A stretch of DNA of 64,000 bases, taken from NCBI RefSeq assembly GCF_937999985.1, contig NZ_CALLDG010000052.1, forward strand, positions 14,143 to 78,142. Reading direction: 5' to 3'. This document shows, piece after piece, positions 9,763-17,568 of this stretch. The translations under genes and the position numbers were made by a program. Source of the DNA: an uncultured Corynebacterium sp. (GTDB taxonomy: Bacteria > Actinomycetota > Actinomycetes > Mycobacteriales > Mycobacteriaceae). The notes under the pieces were generated by a model. It had not been told where the DNA came from and ran no database searches. It saw only the letters and a program-made list of their open reading frames with translations. Each line of letters begins with the position of its first letter. The first letter of the stretch is position 1.

Positions 9763-11484
9763 GTGAATTCTCAGGATCAGACTAACCGGAACCGGCGGCC
9801 CGTCAAGCCACGCAAGCGCCGCGGCATTCCGTGGTGGGCGTGGTTCTTCGTCGGCTTGATCGGCCTGGGGGGCCTCCTCTACGGAGTGGACTTGGCCATG
9901 AGTGAGGGCAAGGTGCCGCGCGGTGTGACCGTCGGTGGCGTGGACATTAGTGGTGTGGATAAGGGCCAGGCGGAGCAGCGCTTGCGCAATGACCTGGGCG
10001 AACGCACCCGCCAGCCGGTGACGGTTTTGGCAGGCAACATGAGCTCCACCATCGAGCCCGCCAAGTCCGGCATGCAGGTGGACTGGGGCGCCACGGTGGA
10101 CCAGGCGGGCCAGCAACCACTGAACCCGATCACTCGCATCCGTTCCTTCTTTGAGACCCGCGAGGTGGGCATTATCTCGAAGATTACGGACGAGGGTCTG
10201 AACCGGTCCCTGAACCGCGTGGAGCGGGAGCTTACCCGCGACGCGGAAAACGCCAAGTTGTCCGTCGGTGCTGATGGCAAGGCGGATATTAAGGAGGACA
10301 AGCCGGGGCAGACCGTGGACCGCGAGCTGCTGGATACCGAGGTGAGGGAAAATTGGCTGAACACCGACGGGCGCGTGAACGTGGAGGCCATGATTACCCC
10401 GGCGGATGCGGATAAGGACGCCGCCGAGCGGGCCGCTAAGCAGTACGTAAAGCCGGCGACGGCGAAGAACCTGGTGTTCCATGGCCGTGACAAGGTCGAT
10501 GGTGTGATCACCCCACAGAACTGGCACGAGATCCTGACCTTCAAGGTGGACGGCGGCGAGTTCATGCCGGAGTGGAACACGGAGAAGGCACAGGAGATCC
10601 TGAGCGAGCAGCTTTCCAGCACTGAGGTGGAGTACCGCGACGCCAGCTTCGAGTTCCACGGCGATGACATCACGGTGGTGCCTTCCAAGGACGGTGTGGA
10701 GATCAAGTGGAAGGAAACGCTGGGCGACCTGCAAGCCAAGGCGTTGGATAAGAAGAAGCGCGACCACGAGGTTGTGTACGAGGATAAGAAGGCCGAGTAC
10801 ACCACCGAGCAGGCGAAGAAGGCTCACTTTGACGATGTGGTGGGCACCTTCACCACCGGTGGTTTCAGCGGCCCTTCGGGTACCAACATTCGCCGCGTGG
10901 CGGAGATGGTGAATGGTGCGATTGTGCTGCCGGGGGAGACGTTCTCTCTGAACGGCCACACCGGGCCGCGCGGTACTGCGCAGGGCTTTGTGGAGTCCGG
11001 CATTATCATCGACGGCCACGCCGGTAAGGCGGTCGGCGGCGGTATTTCGCAGTTCGCAACCACGCTGTACAACGCCTCGTACTTCGCGGGCATGGAGGAC
11101 GTGGAGCACACCCCGCACTCCTATTACATCTCCCGCTACCCGGCCGGTCGAGAGGCGACCGTGTACGAGGGCGCGATCGACCTGAAGTTCAAGAACCCCT
11201 TCGATACGCCCGTGCGCATCACCACGGACGTGAGTGGGGATTCCGTCACTGTACGTCTGCACGGTGTGAAGCAGGTGGATGTGGAATCCATCCCGGGTGA
11301 GCGTACGAACCCGACGTCTCCGAAGAAGATGGAATTGGACGGTGACGACTGCTCGCCGTCTTCCGGCGCGCCGGGCTTCACCATCACCGACACTCGCGTT
11401 GTGAAGGACCTGAAGGGCAAGGAGCTTTCCCGCGAGACCCAGCGCACGGTCTACGACCCGCAGCCGATTGTGAGCTGCAAGTAA
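9763..11484 (+). CDS. VanW family protein with N-terminal TM anchor
   Basis: 573 aa. TM segment WWAWFFVGLIGLGGLLYGV. The C-terminal VanW core is recognisable (PGETFSLNGHTGPRGTAQGFVESGIIIDGHAGKAVGGGISQFATTLYNASYFAG...SYYISRYPAGREATVY). Confidence 0.8.
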   Translation: MNSQDQTNRNRRPVKPRKRRGIPWWAWFFVGLIGLGGLLYGVDLAMSEGKVPRGVTVGGVDISGVDKGQAEQRLRNDLGERTRQPVTVLAGNMSSTIEPAKSGMQVDWGATVDQAGQQPLNPITRIRSFFETREVGIISKITDEGLNRSLNRVERELTRDAENAKLSVGADGKADIKEDKPGQTVDRELLDTEVRENWLNTDGRVNVEAMITPADADKDAAERAAKQYVKPATAKNLVFHGRDKVDGVITPQNWHEILTFKVDGGEFMPEWNTEKAQEILSEQLSSTEVEYRDASFEFHGDDITVVPSKDGVEIKWKETLGDLQAKALDKKKRDHEVVYEDKKAEYTTEQAKKAHFDDVVGTFTTGGFSGPSGTNIRRVAEMVNGAIVLPGETFSLNGHTGPRGTAQGFVESGIIIDGHAGKAVGGGISQFATTLYNASYFAGMEDVEHTPHSYYISRYPAGREATVYEGAIDLKFKNPFDTPVRITTDVSGDSVTVRLHGVKQVDVESIPGERTNPTSPKKMELDGDDCSPSSGAPGFTITDTRVVKDLKGKELSRETQRTVYDPQPIVSCK

Positions 11485-11521
11485 GGAATAAGCTGACTGC
11501 CTCTAGCTCTGAGGTTGTGGG

Positions 11522-11563
11522 GCGGGGAAGTGTGCTTGATGGCATGCTCCCCGCTTTTGTTTG
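11522..11563 (+). terminator. Putative intrinsic terminator downstream of the VanW gene
   Basis: GCGGGGA (11522-11528) pairs with TCCCCGC (11548-11554) and is followed by TTTTGTTTG. Confidence 0.5.
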
Positions 11564-11740
11564 AGCCTTAGGGGTGTAGGGACGAGATGTGCTACCCATA
11601 TAGACCTAGTGCCGGGCTACAAGCTTCAGTTCGGAGCGCCTAAAGCTGACCTTGGAGGTGGGGGTGTTAAGGCTCTATTGCCTCTCCCCTCAATTCAGCG
11701 TAGGAAGCACGTGAAAACCAAGCATCGTTTGCGCATGCAA

Positions 11741-11773
11741 AAAGGGGCGGGAACGAACCTTCGTTCCCGCCCC
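11741..11773 (-). terminator. Intrinsic terminator of the small exported-protein gene pair
   Basis: Perfect 14-bp stem GGGGCGGGAACGAA (11744-11757) / TTCGTTCCCGCCCC (11760-11773). On the minus strand it is followed by a T run (complement of AAAAA at 11739-11743). Confidence 0.8.
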
Positions 11774-11816
11774 TTGATCGGCTATCAAAGCCTGGAGCTT
11801 AAAGCTCTAACAGGTC

Positions 11817-12167
11817 TTAGATGATGATGCCCTGGTTCTTCAGGTAGTTGCCGATAGCGATGCCCAGGCCAGCGATAGCGCCAGCAATAGCGCCGTAAGA
11901 CAGAACCTTGGTCAGCACGAGCCAGCCAGGCTGCTCGGTACCCTGGGTGCTGCCCAGAGCGTCCTTACCAGTGATCTCCTGGTCGCTGTCCAGGATCTTC
12001 GGGATGGCGTTCTTATCCTTGCACGGGCCGGACAGGTTGACCTGGGTGTCGCTGTTAGCATTCTCGCAGTTGATCTCTGCATCCTGAGCGGAAGCAACAG
12101 CGGTGCCGCCCAGAGCAACGGTGGAAGCGGTGGCGATGGCCAGAGCGGCCTTGCGGAAGTTCTTCAT
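11817..12167 (-). CDS. Small exported protein with C-terminal hydrophobic anchor (paralog A)
   Basis: 116 aa. Sec signal MKNFRKAALAIATASTVALGGTAVASA/QD. Two Cys in the mature part. C-terminal TM AIAGAIAGLGIAIGNYLKNQG. Paralogous to 12222..12557. Confidence 0.7.
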   Translation of the reverse strand: MKNFRKAALAIATASTVALGGTAVASAQDAEINCENANSDTQVNLSGPCKDKNAIPKILDSDQEITGKDALGSTQGTEQPGWLVLTKVLSYGAIAGAIAGLGIAIGNYLKNQGIII

Positions 12168-12221
12168 GTTAGAAATCCTTTTCCTTGAAATCGTGTGATG
12201 AAAGAGAATTGCAGCTCTGGA

Positions 12222-12557
12222 TTAGCCCAGGAAGCCGTTGTACTTCAGGAAGTTGTAGGCCGGAGCAACGACCAGGCCGAACACGGCAGCGGCTGCAGCA
12301 GCGATGCCGCCGCCAACCAGGAGCTTGGCCCACATGCCGAAGTCACCCTTGTCTTCTTCCTTGTACTTCGGGTCCAGCCAGTTGCGGATCTGGTCGCCAG
12401 AAGCGGACTTGTCCAGCTCCAGGCTGCCCTTCAGGCCGCCCTGCTGCTGGGAGGAGCCCGGGGTGGTGCCCTCCTCAGCAGCAGCAACGGAAACGCCGGA
12501 GATGGCAACGGTGGTAGCGGTAGCAACAGCCAGAGCTGCGTTACGGAACTTACGCAT
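12222..12557 (-). CDS. Small exported protein with C-terminal hydrophobic anchor (paralog B)
   Basis: 111 aa. Signal MRKFRNAALAVATATTVAISGVSVAAA/EE. C-terminal TM LLVGGGIAAAAAAVFGLVVAPAYNFLKYNG. Same architecture and the same N- and C-terminal motifs as 11817..12167. Confidence 0.7.
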   Translation of the reverse strand: MRKFRNAALAVATATTVAISGVSVAAAEEGTTPGSSQQQGGLKGSLELDKSASGDQIRNWLDPKYKEEDKGDFGMWAKLLVGGGIAAAAAAVFGLVVAPAYNFLKYNGFLG

Positions 12558-13040
12558 GTGAAATGCCTTTCTGTAAGTGTGAGTGGTTCGAAGTCAAGGA
12601 CTACACTCAAGCTTCTCTTGGCTTCTTGGATGCCGCCCACTCTTTCATAAGAGAATCTGGCCACGAAGCTGTAGAAATGCTGGCAAGCCCTAACAAAGAG
12701 ACACTCTAACAGGAATTTTGATTCAGTGGGAAGTCGGAGGCTAACTTTCCATGTGATTTGAGTCATGCAGGGGTTAGGTACTGAAATTGTTGTCAGCTCA
12801 CCCACATTTACCCAGGTATATGCATATATCTATCACACCTCGGCGTGTCGCCTTGCTTATTTCGCAAGCCACCCATAAGGGGGTGCTTGGTGGCAATCCT
12901 GCGATCATGAGCTTCCCTAAAAATGAGTTTTTACACATTGTGTACTCAGGTTGTGGTGCGTGGATCTCAATCGCCGTTAACCAAACGCTGCGAACAAGAT
13001 CACCTGAAGGTCACTTCCCGTTTACCTAGCAATTGTAAAT

Positions 13041-14411
13041 TTGCCTGCTATGCGTATGACAGTGTTTGGAACCGGATACCTTGGCGCAACCCACGCCGCC
13101 TGCATGGCCGAAATGGGCCACGACGTACTCGGAGTCGATGTCGACCCGGATAAAATCCAAGCTCTCTCCGAAGGGCGCGTCCCCTTCTTCGAGCCCGGCC
13201 TGCCGGAGATCCTCACCCGCAACATCGAAGCCGGCCGCCTGCGCTTCACCACCGACTACGCCGAAGCCGCCGAGTTCGCCGACGTGCACTTCATTGGCGT
13301 GGGCACCCCGCAGCGCAAGGGCTCCTATGCCGCGGACACCACCTATGTAAATGCTGTCATCGAAACGCTCGCCCCACTAGCCAAGGGCAATCACACCATC
13401 TTTGGCAAGTCCACCGTCCCGGTCGGCACTGCGCACGAGCTGCAGCAGAAGGCGGATGAGATCGTGGCGGCGTCCCCAAACGATGCCCGAATCACCATCG
13501 CGTGGAACCCCGAGTTCCTGCGCGAAGGCCACGCGGTGAAAGACACGCTGCACCCCGACCGCATCGTCCTCGGCCTCGGCGGCGATAGCTCCAACAGCGA
13601 CGACCGCGCCGAGCAGCAGCGGGTAGAGGAGCTCGCCCGCGAAATCTACGCCCCCGCACTCGAGGAAGGCACGCCCTTCCTGGTCATGGACCTGCCGACC
13701 GCGGAGCTGGTCAAGGTCTCCGCGAACGCCTTCCTGGCTACCAAAATCTCCTTCATCAACGCGGTCTCCGAGCTGTGCGAGATCGTCGGCGCGGACGTCA
13801 CCGCACTCGCCGACGCGATTGGCATGGACGACCGCATCGGGCGCAAGTTCCTCGGCGCCGGCCTGGGCTTCGGCGGCGGTTGCCTGCCGAAGGATATTCG
13901 CGCGTTTATGGCGCGCGCAGGTGAGCTCGGCGCGGATCAGGCCTTGACGTTCCTTCGTGAGGTGGACGCCATCAACATGCGCCGCCGCGAGAAGACAGTA
14001 GAGCTGGCACGGCAGACGCTGGGCGGCTCCCTGATCGGCCGGAACGTGACGGTCCTCGGCGCGGCCTTCAAACCCAACAGCGACGATGTGCGCGATTCCC
14101 CGGCTTTGTCGGTGGCCGGTTCGCTGTCCCTGAGCGGTGCGAACGTCACCGTGTACGACCCGCAGGGTATGGAAAACGCCGCGAAGATCTTCCCCACGCT
14201 GACCTACGCGCCGAACGTAGAGGAAGCACTCGAAGGCGCGGAGATCGTGATCGTGGCAACCGAGTGGAAGCAGTTCCAGGAGCTCGACCCGGTAGCCGCC
14301 CGCAAGCTCGTGGCCGGGGACAACCCCACCGTGCTGGACGGCCGCAACTGCCTACCGCGCAAGGAATGGGAAGCCGCGGGCTGGAACTTCCTGGCGCTGG
14401 GGCGGGGCTAG
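13041..14411 (+). CDS. udgA: UDP-glucose 6-dehydrogenase
   Basis: N-terminal Rossmann motif MTVFGTGYLGATHAACMAEMGHDVLGVDVD, catalytic-region GFGGGCLPKD and the C-terminal UDP-binding domain. The start could be 13041, 13050 or 13056 (MPAMRMTV...). Confidence 0.9.
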   Translation: MPAMRMTVFGTGYLGATHAACMAEMGHDVLGVDVDPDKIQALSEGRVPFFEPGLPEILTRNIEAGRLRFTTDYAEAAEFADVHFIGVGTPQRKGSYAADTTYVNAVIETLAPLAKGNHTIFGKSTVPVGTAHELQQKADEIVAASPNDARITIAWNPEFLREGHAVKDTLHPDRIVLGLGGDSSNSDDRAEQQRVEELAREIYAPALEEGTPFLVMDLPTAELVKVSANAFLATKISFINAVSELCEIVGADVTALADAIGMDDRIGRKFLGAGLGFGGGCLPKDIRAFMARAGELGADQALTFLREVDAINMRRREKTVELARQTLGGSLIGRNVTVLGAAFKPNSDDVRDSPALSVAGSLSLSGANVTVYDPQGMENAAKIFPTLTYAPNVEEALEGAEIVIVATEWKQFQELDPVAARKLVAGDNPTVLDGRNCLPRKEWEAAGWNFLALGRG

Positions 14412-14461
14412 TACACGGCTAGCTGGCTGCGCACAGCGCCACACCCGCTAGGCTATAGAGC

Positions 14462-15028
14462 GTGTTGCTTTCAGACCGAGACATCCGCGCCGCCATCAAC
14501 TCCGGTGAGCTGACGATCGACCCCCACGACGATCAGATGGTTCAGCCATCCAGCATCGACGTGCGCCTCGACGGCCTGTTCCGCGTGTTCAATAACTCCA
14601 AGTACACGCACATCGACCCGAAGCAGCCGCAGGAGGAACTCACCACCCTGGTGGAAGTCCCTGACGACGAGGCCTTCATCCTGCACCCCGGCGAGTTCGT
14701 CTTGGGCGCGACCCTGGAATGCTTTGGGATTCCCGCCCACCTGGCCGGCCGCCTAGAGGGCAAGTCCTCCCTGGGTCGCCTGGGCCTGCTCACGCACTCC
14801 ACGGCCGGGTTCATCGACCCGGGCTTCACCGGGCACATCACCCTGGAACTTTCCAACACCGCCAACCTGCCCATCGCCCTCTACCCGGGCATGAAGATCG
14901 GCCAGCTGGCACTATTCACCATGACCAGCCCGGCGGAAGCCCCCTACGGCAGCGGCGCCCTGGGGTCCAAGTACCAGGGGCAGCGCGGCCCGACCCCCTC
15001 CAAGGCCTACCTGAACTTCCAGAACTAG
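14462..15028 (+). CDS. dcd: dCTP deaminase
   Basis: 188 aa, GTG start. [21 protein letters not shown]...SSIDVRLD...GFIDPGF are the hallmark Dcd motifs. Confidence 0.9.
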   Translation: MLLSDRDIRAAINSGELTIDPHDDQMVQPSSIDVRLDGLFRVFNNSKYTHIDPKQPQEELTTLVEVPDDEAFILHPGEFVLGATLECFGIPAHLAGRLEGKSSLGRLGLLTHSTAGFIDPGFTGHITLELSNTANLPIALYPGMKIGQLALFTMTSPAEAPYGSGALGSKYQGQRGPTPSKAYLNFQN

Positions 15029-15068
15029 CTGGGGCGCGAGGTGGCGTCGCCAAGAAAAACAGCAACAG

Positions 15069-16322
15069 CTACTGCCGGTAGCTAGCCAGGAAGTTACCCA
15101 AGCGCTCGATCGCGGCGCGCAGATCCCGGGCCCACGGCAGAGTGACCACGCGGAAGTGGTCCGGGGTCGGCCAGTTAAAGCCCGTGCCCTGCACCAGGTG
15201 GATCTTCTCCGAACGCAGAAGGTCGAACATGAACTGCTCGTCATCGTGAATCTCGTGCACATTCGGATCCAGGCGCGGGAAGGCATACAGCGCACCCATC
15301 GGCTTCACACAGCTTACGCCCGGGATCTCGTTCAGTGCCTCGTAAGCGGCGTTGCGCTGCTCCAGCAGGCGCCCACCAGGCAGCACCAGATCGTCGATGG
15401 ACTGGCGGCCAGAAATAGCCACCTGGATCGCATGCTGCGCCGGCACATTCGGGCACAGGCGCGTACCAGCCAGCACATTCACGCCCTCGATGAAGCCCTT
15501 TGCGTGCCCCTTCGGGCCGGTAATCACCATCCAGCCGGAACGGTAGCCCGCCACGCGGTACGCCTTCGACAGGCCGTTGTAGGTGATGCACAGCAGGTCC
15601 GGGCACAGGGAAGCAATGTTGATGTGCTGAGCGCCGTCGTACAGAATCTTGTCGTAGATCTCGTCGGCCAGGATCAGCAGGGAGTGCTCGCGCGCGACGT
15701 CCACGATCTGCTGCAGGATCTCGCGAGAGTACACCGCGCCCGTCGGGTTATTCGGGTTGATAACCACGATGGCCTTCGTGCGCTCCGTGACCTTCGCCTT
15801 GATGTCCTCGATGGAGGGCATCCAGTCGTTTTCCTCGTCGCACAGGTAGTGCACGGGGCGGCCGCCGGCCAGGGAGGTGGAGGCGGTCCACAGCGGGTAG
15901 TCCGGGGAGGGGATCAGCACCTCGTCACCGTCGTTGAGCAGCGCCTGCATCGTCATGGTGATCAGCTCGGATACACCATTGCCCAGGTAGACATCCTCGA
16001 CGTCGAACTGGGGGAAGCCCGGGATGACCTCGTAGCGGGAGACGATCGCGCGGCGGGCGCTGATGATGCCCTTCGACGTGGAGTAGCCCTGCGCCGTCGG
16101 CAGCGCGGCGATCATGTCGCGCATGATCACATCCGGCGCCTCGAAGCCGAATACCGCGGGGTTGCCCGTGTTGAGCTTCAGGATGCGGTGCCCGTCGGCC
16201 TCCATCCGCTCCGCCTCGGTGTTCACCGGGCCGCGAATTTCGTAGAGGACGTTTTGCAGCTTCGTCGATTGATCCAGCGTGCGCAGTTCGCTTGGGCGTT
16301 TGGGGGTACTCATTCTCCCCAT
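15069..16322 (-). CDS. alaT: Pyridoxal-phosphate-dependent aminotransferase (alanine aminotransferase AlaT type)
   Basis: Class I aminotransferase motifs (VVINPNNPTGAVY, YNGLSKAYRVAGYRSGW). Near-collinear resemblance to corynebacterial AlaT as I recall it (LYEIRGPV...NTGNPAVFGF...GTGFNWP). Confidence 0.8.
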   Translation of the reverse strand: MGRMSTPKRPSELRTLDQSTKLQNVLYEIRGPVNTEAERMEADGHRILKLNTGNPAVFGFEAPDVIMRDMIAALPTAQGYSTSKGIISARRAIVSRYEVIPGFPQFDVEDVYLGNGVSELITMTMQALLNDGDEVLIPSPDYPLWTASTSLAGGRPVHYLCDEENDWMPSIEDIKAKVTERTKAIVVINPNNPTGAVYSREILQQIVDVAREHSLLILADEIYDKILYDGAQHINIASLCPDLLCITYNGLSKAYRVAGYRSGWMVITGPKGHAKGFIEGVNVLAGTRLCPNVPAQHAIQVAISGRQSIDDLVLPGGRLLEQRNAAYEALNEIPGVSCVKPMGALYAFPRLDPNVHEIHDDEQFMFDLLRSEKIHLVQGTGFNWPTPDHFRVVTLPWARDLRAAIERLGNFLASYRQ

Positions 16323-16405
16323 TGTGCCATTGTGGCTACTATTTTTATAGTTTTTATTGACGCCCCCTCGCGGTTCGACCGGCCGAGGTGTGGCTGTCGG
16401 GTGGA

Positions 16406-17248
16406 CTAGTCGTCGTCCGGGTCGGCGTTGTCGTCGGGATCCGTGGCGCCATTGTCAGGGCCGTTGCCAGCGCCATTGCCGTTGCCGTTTCCGTTGTTTC
16501 CGGTGCCGGGGGAGGGGTTGCCGCCGGCGTCTCCGCCGATGCCGCCGGGGCGAGGGGTGCCACGGTTGGGGTGGCTGGGGCGAGGCTCGTTTTCGCGTGG
16601 CGGGCGAGAGGGCTTCGTGCTGCTAGACGGCTCGGAGCTTTCGGATTCGGATTCGGACTCGGTGGGGGTTTCTTCTTCTGGCTGCACGGGCTGCTGAGGC
16701 GCGTAATAATCCTGGTAGCCGCCACCGTAGCCGGAACCTGCGTCTGGGGTCGGCGGCGTATCGTCGGCATCGTACTTTCCGGTGGTGGTGGGCTTCGGGT
16801 ACGAGGGCTTCAGCTGCTCAGTGTTGCTAGAGCTTCCGGGGGCGCCGGTTTCCGTGGAGCGCATGGCGGTGAAGGCGCCGACGGCGACGATGATGGTGGC
16901 GATCAGCCCCAGGGTGAGCACCCAAGCCCAGAAGGGCATGATTCCGAAGAACTTTCGGAGGCCGGACTTCGGCTTTTCTTCTTCCAGCTCGTCGGGGTTT
17001 TCCGGGTCCTCTGGGGCGTCCGGAGCCTTGGGGTTCTCCGTGTTGGCGGAGTTACCGGCCGCGCCCGAGGCTTCGCCAGCTGCCATGCCACCAGCAGCCG
17101 TGCTACCGGTCGCGCTACCGGCCGCCGCGCCACCAGCGTTCAGGTCAGAGTCGCTGACAGCTTTCATCACGGAGGTTTCTTCAGCGTCGCTGACGGACTT
17201 CCCCGAGTTGAGGGGGTTGTTCTTGTCGTTCGAATCAGCGTCAGTCAT
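16406..17248 (-). CDS. Single-pass membrane protein with low-complexity acidic/Pro/Gly/Asn-rich flanks
   Basis: 280 aa. One central TM (FFGIMPFWAWVLTLGLIATIIVAVGAFTAM). Repeats ESESESES and GNGNGNGNG, with an Asp-rich C-terminus. GAGGTAGG ribosome-binding site before the ATG at 17248. Confidence 0.55.
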   Translation of the reverse strand: MTDADSNDKNNPLNSGKSVSDAEETSVMKAVSDSDLNAGGAAAGSATGSTAAGGMAAGEASGAAGNSANTENPKAPDAPEDPENPDELEEEKPKSGLRKFFGIMPFWAWVLTLGLIATIIVAVGAFTAMRSTETGAPGSSSNTEQLKPSYPKPTTTGKYDADDTPPTPDAGSGYGGGYQDYYAPQQPVQPEEETPTESESESESSEPSSSTKPSRPPRENEPRPSHPNRGTPRPGGIGGDAGGNPSPGTGNNGNGNGNGAGNGPDNGATDPDDNADPDDD

Positions 17249-17368
17249 GGAAACCTACCTCTATCTGTGGGCGTGAGGCTTGTGTGCGCGGGCTCTTTCT
17301 ATGAGATTTCATTCTAGGATATTGCGCGCCACGGGTACATTCCCAGCCCCGGGATTGACTGGCGGGCG

Positions 17369-17483
17369 GATGTCCCAAATCTTCCACGCTGTTTTTATAA
17401 CTATTCCATGTGTGCAGGTCAAAGAGTTTTGACGGTTCCGTCATTTCAGTGAAAAACGTCGAAAATGGAAGATTTGGGACATC
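17369..17483. repeat. 115-bp element bounded by a perfect 18-bp inverted repeat
   Basis: GATGTCCCAAATCTTCCA (17369-17386) and its exact reverse complement TGGAAGATTTGGGACATC (17466-17483) flank 79 nt of AT-rich sequence that contains smaller hairpins (GTCAAA-gagt-TTTGAC, GACGG-tt-CCGTC). Confidence 0.85.
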
Positions 17484-17568
17484 GCGCTGGCGGCGAAAGC
17501 AATAGCGGCGGCAGATCCAGCGTTCAGCTGGACCCGCCGCCGCTAATCAGCGTGCGAGCTAATCGCCT

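Noticed and set aside
9754-11262. Very long antisense ORFs opposite bona fide genes: 9754..11262- opposite the VanW gene, 15156..16409+ opposite alaT, 17680..20403+ opposite the Fe-S gene, 22504..23808- opposite dnaK, 28537..29640- opposite dnaJ, 54259..55323- opposite gcvP, 59771..60730-, and 62404..63234-.
   Set aside because: Their translations are Arg/Gly/His/Leu-rich with no domain signatures. This is the typical open antisense frame of high-GC DNA. In every case the opposite strand encodes a clearly recognisable conserved protein.
12575-12600. GGTTCGAAG motif resembling a tRNA T-arm.
   Set aside because: The surrounding sequence provides no acceptor stem, anticodon arm or D-arm complementarity. 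I saw no tRNA or rRNA anywhere in the window.
12700-12790. Possible DtxR/iron box (TTAGGT..., GGCTAAC) upstream of the small exported-protein genes. I considered this because I recall that C. glutamicum has an hta-type gene near udgA/dcd.
   Set aside because: The best alignments match only about half of the 19-bp TTAGGTTAGCCTAACCTAA consensus. The proteins are also too short for an HtaA-type CR domain.
17369-17483. Classifying the 18-bp inverted-repeat element firmly as a MITE or as an intrinsic terminator.
   Set aside because: I saw no target-site duplication flanking the arms and no second copy in this window. No T/U tract follows the stem on either strand. It is kept only as an unexplained structured element.
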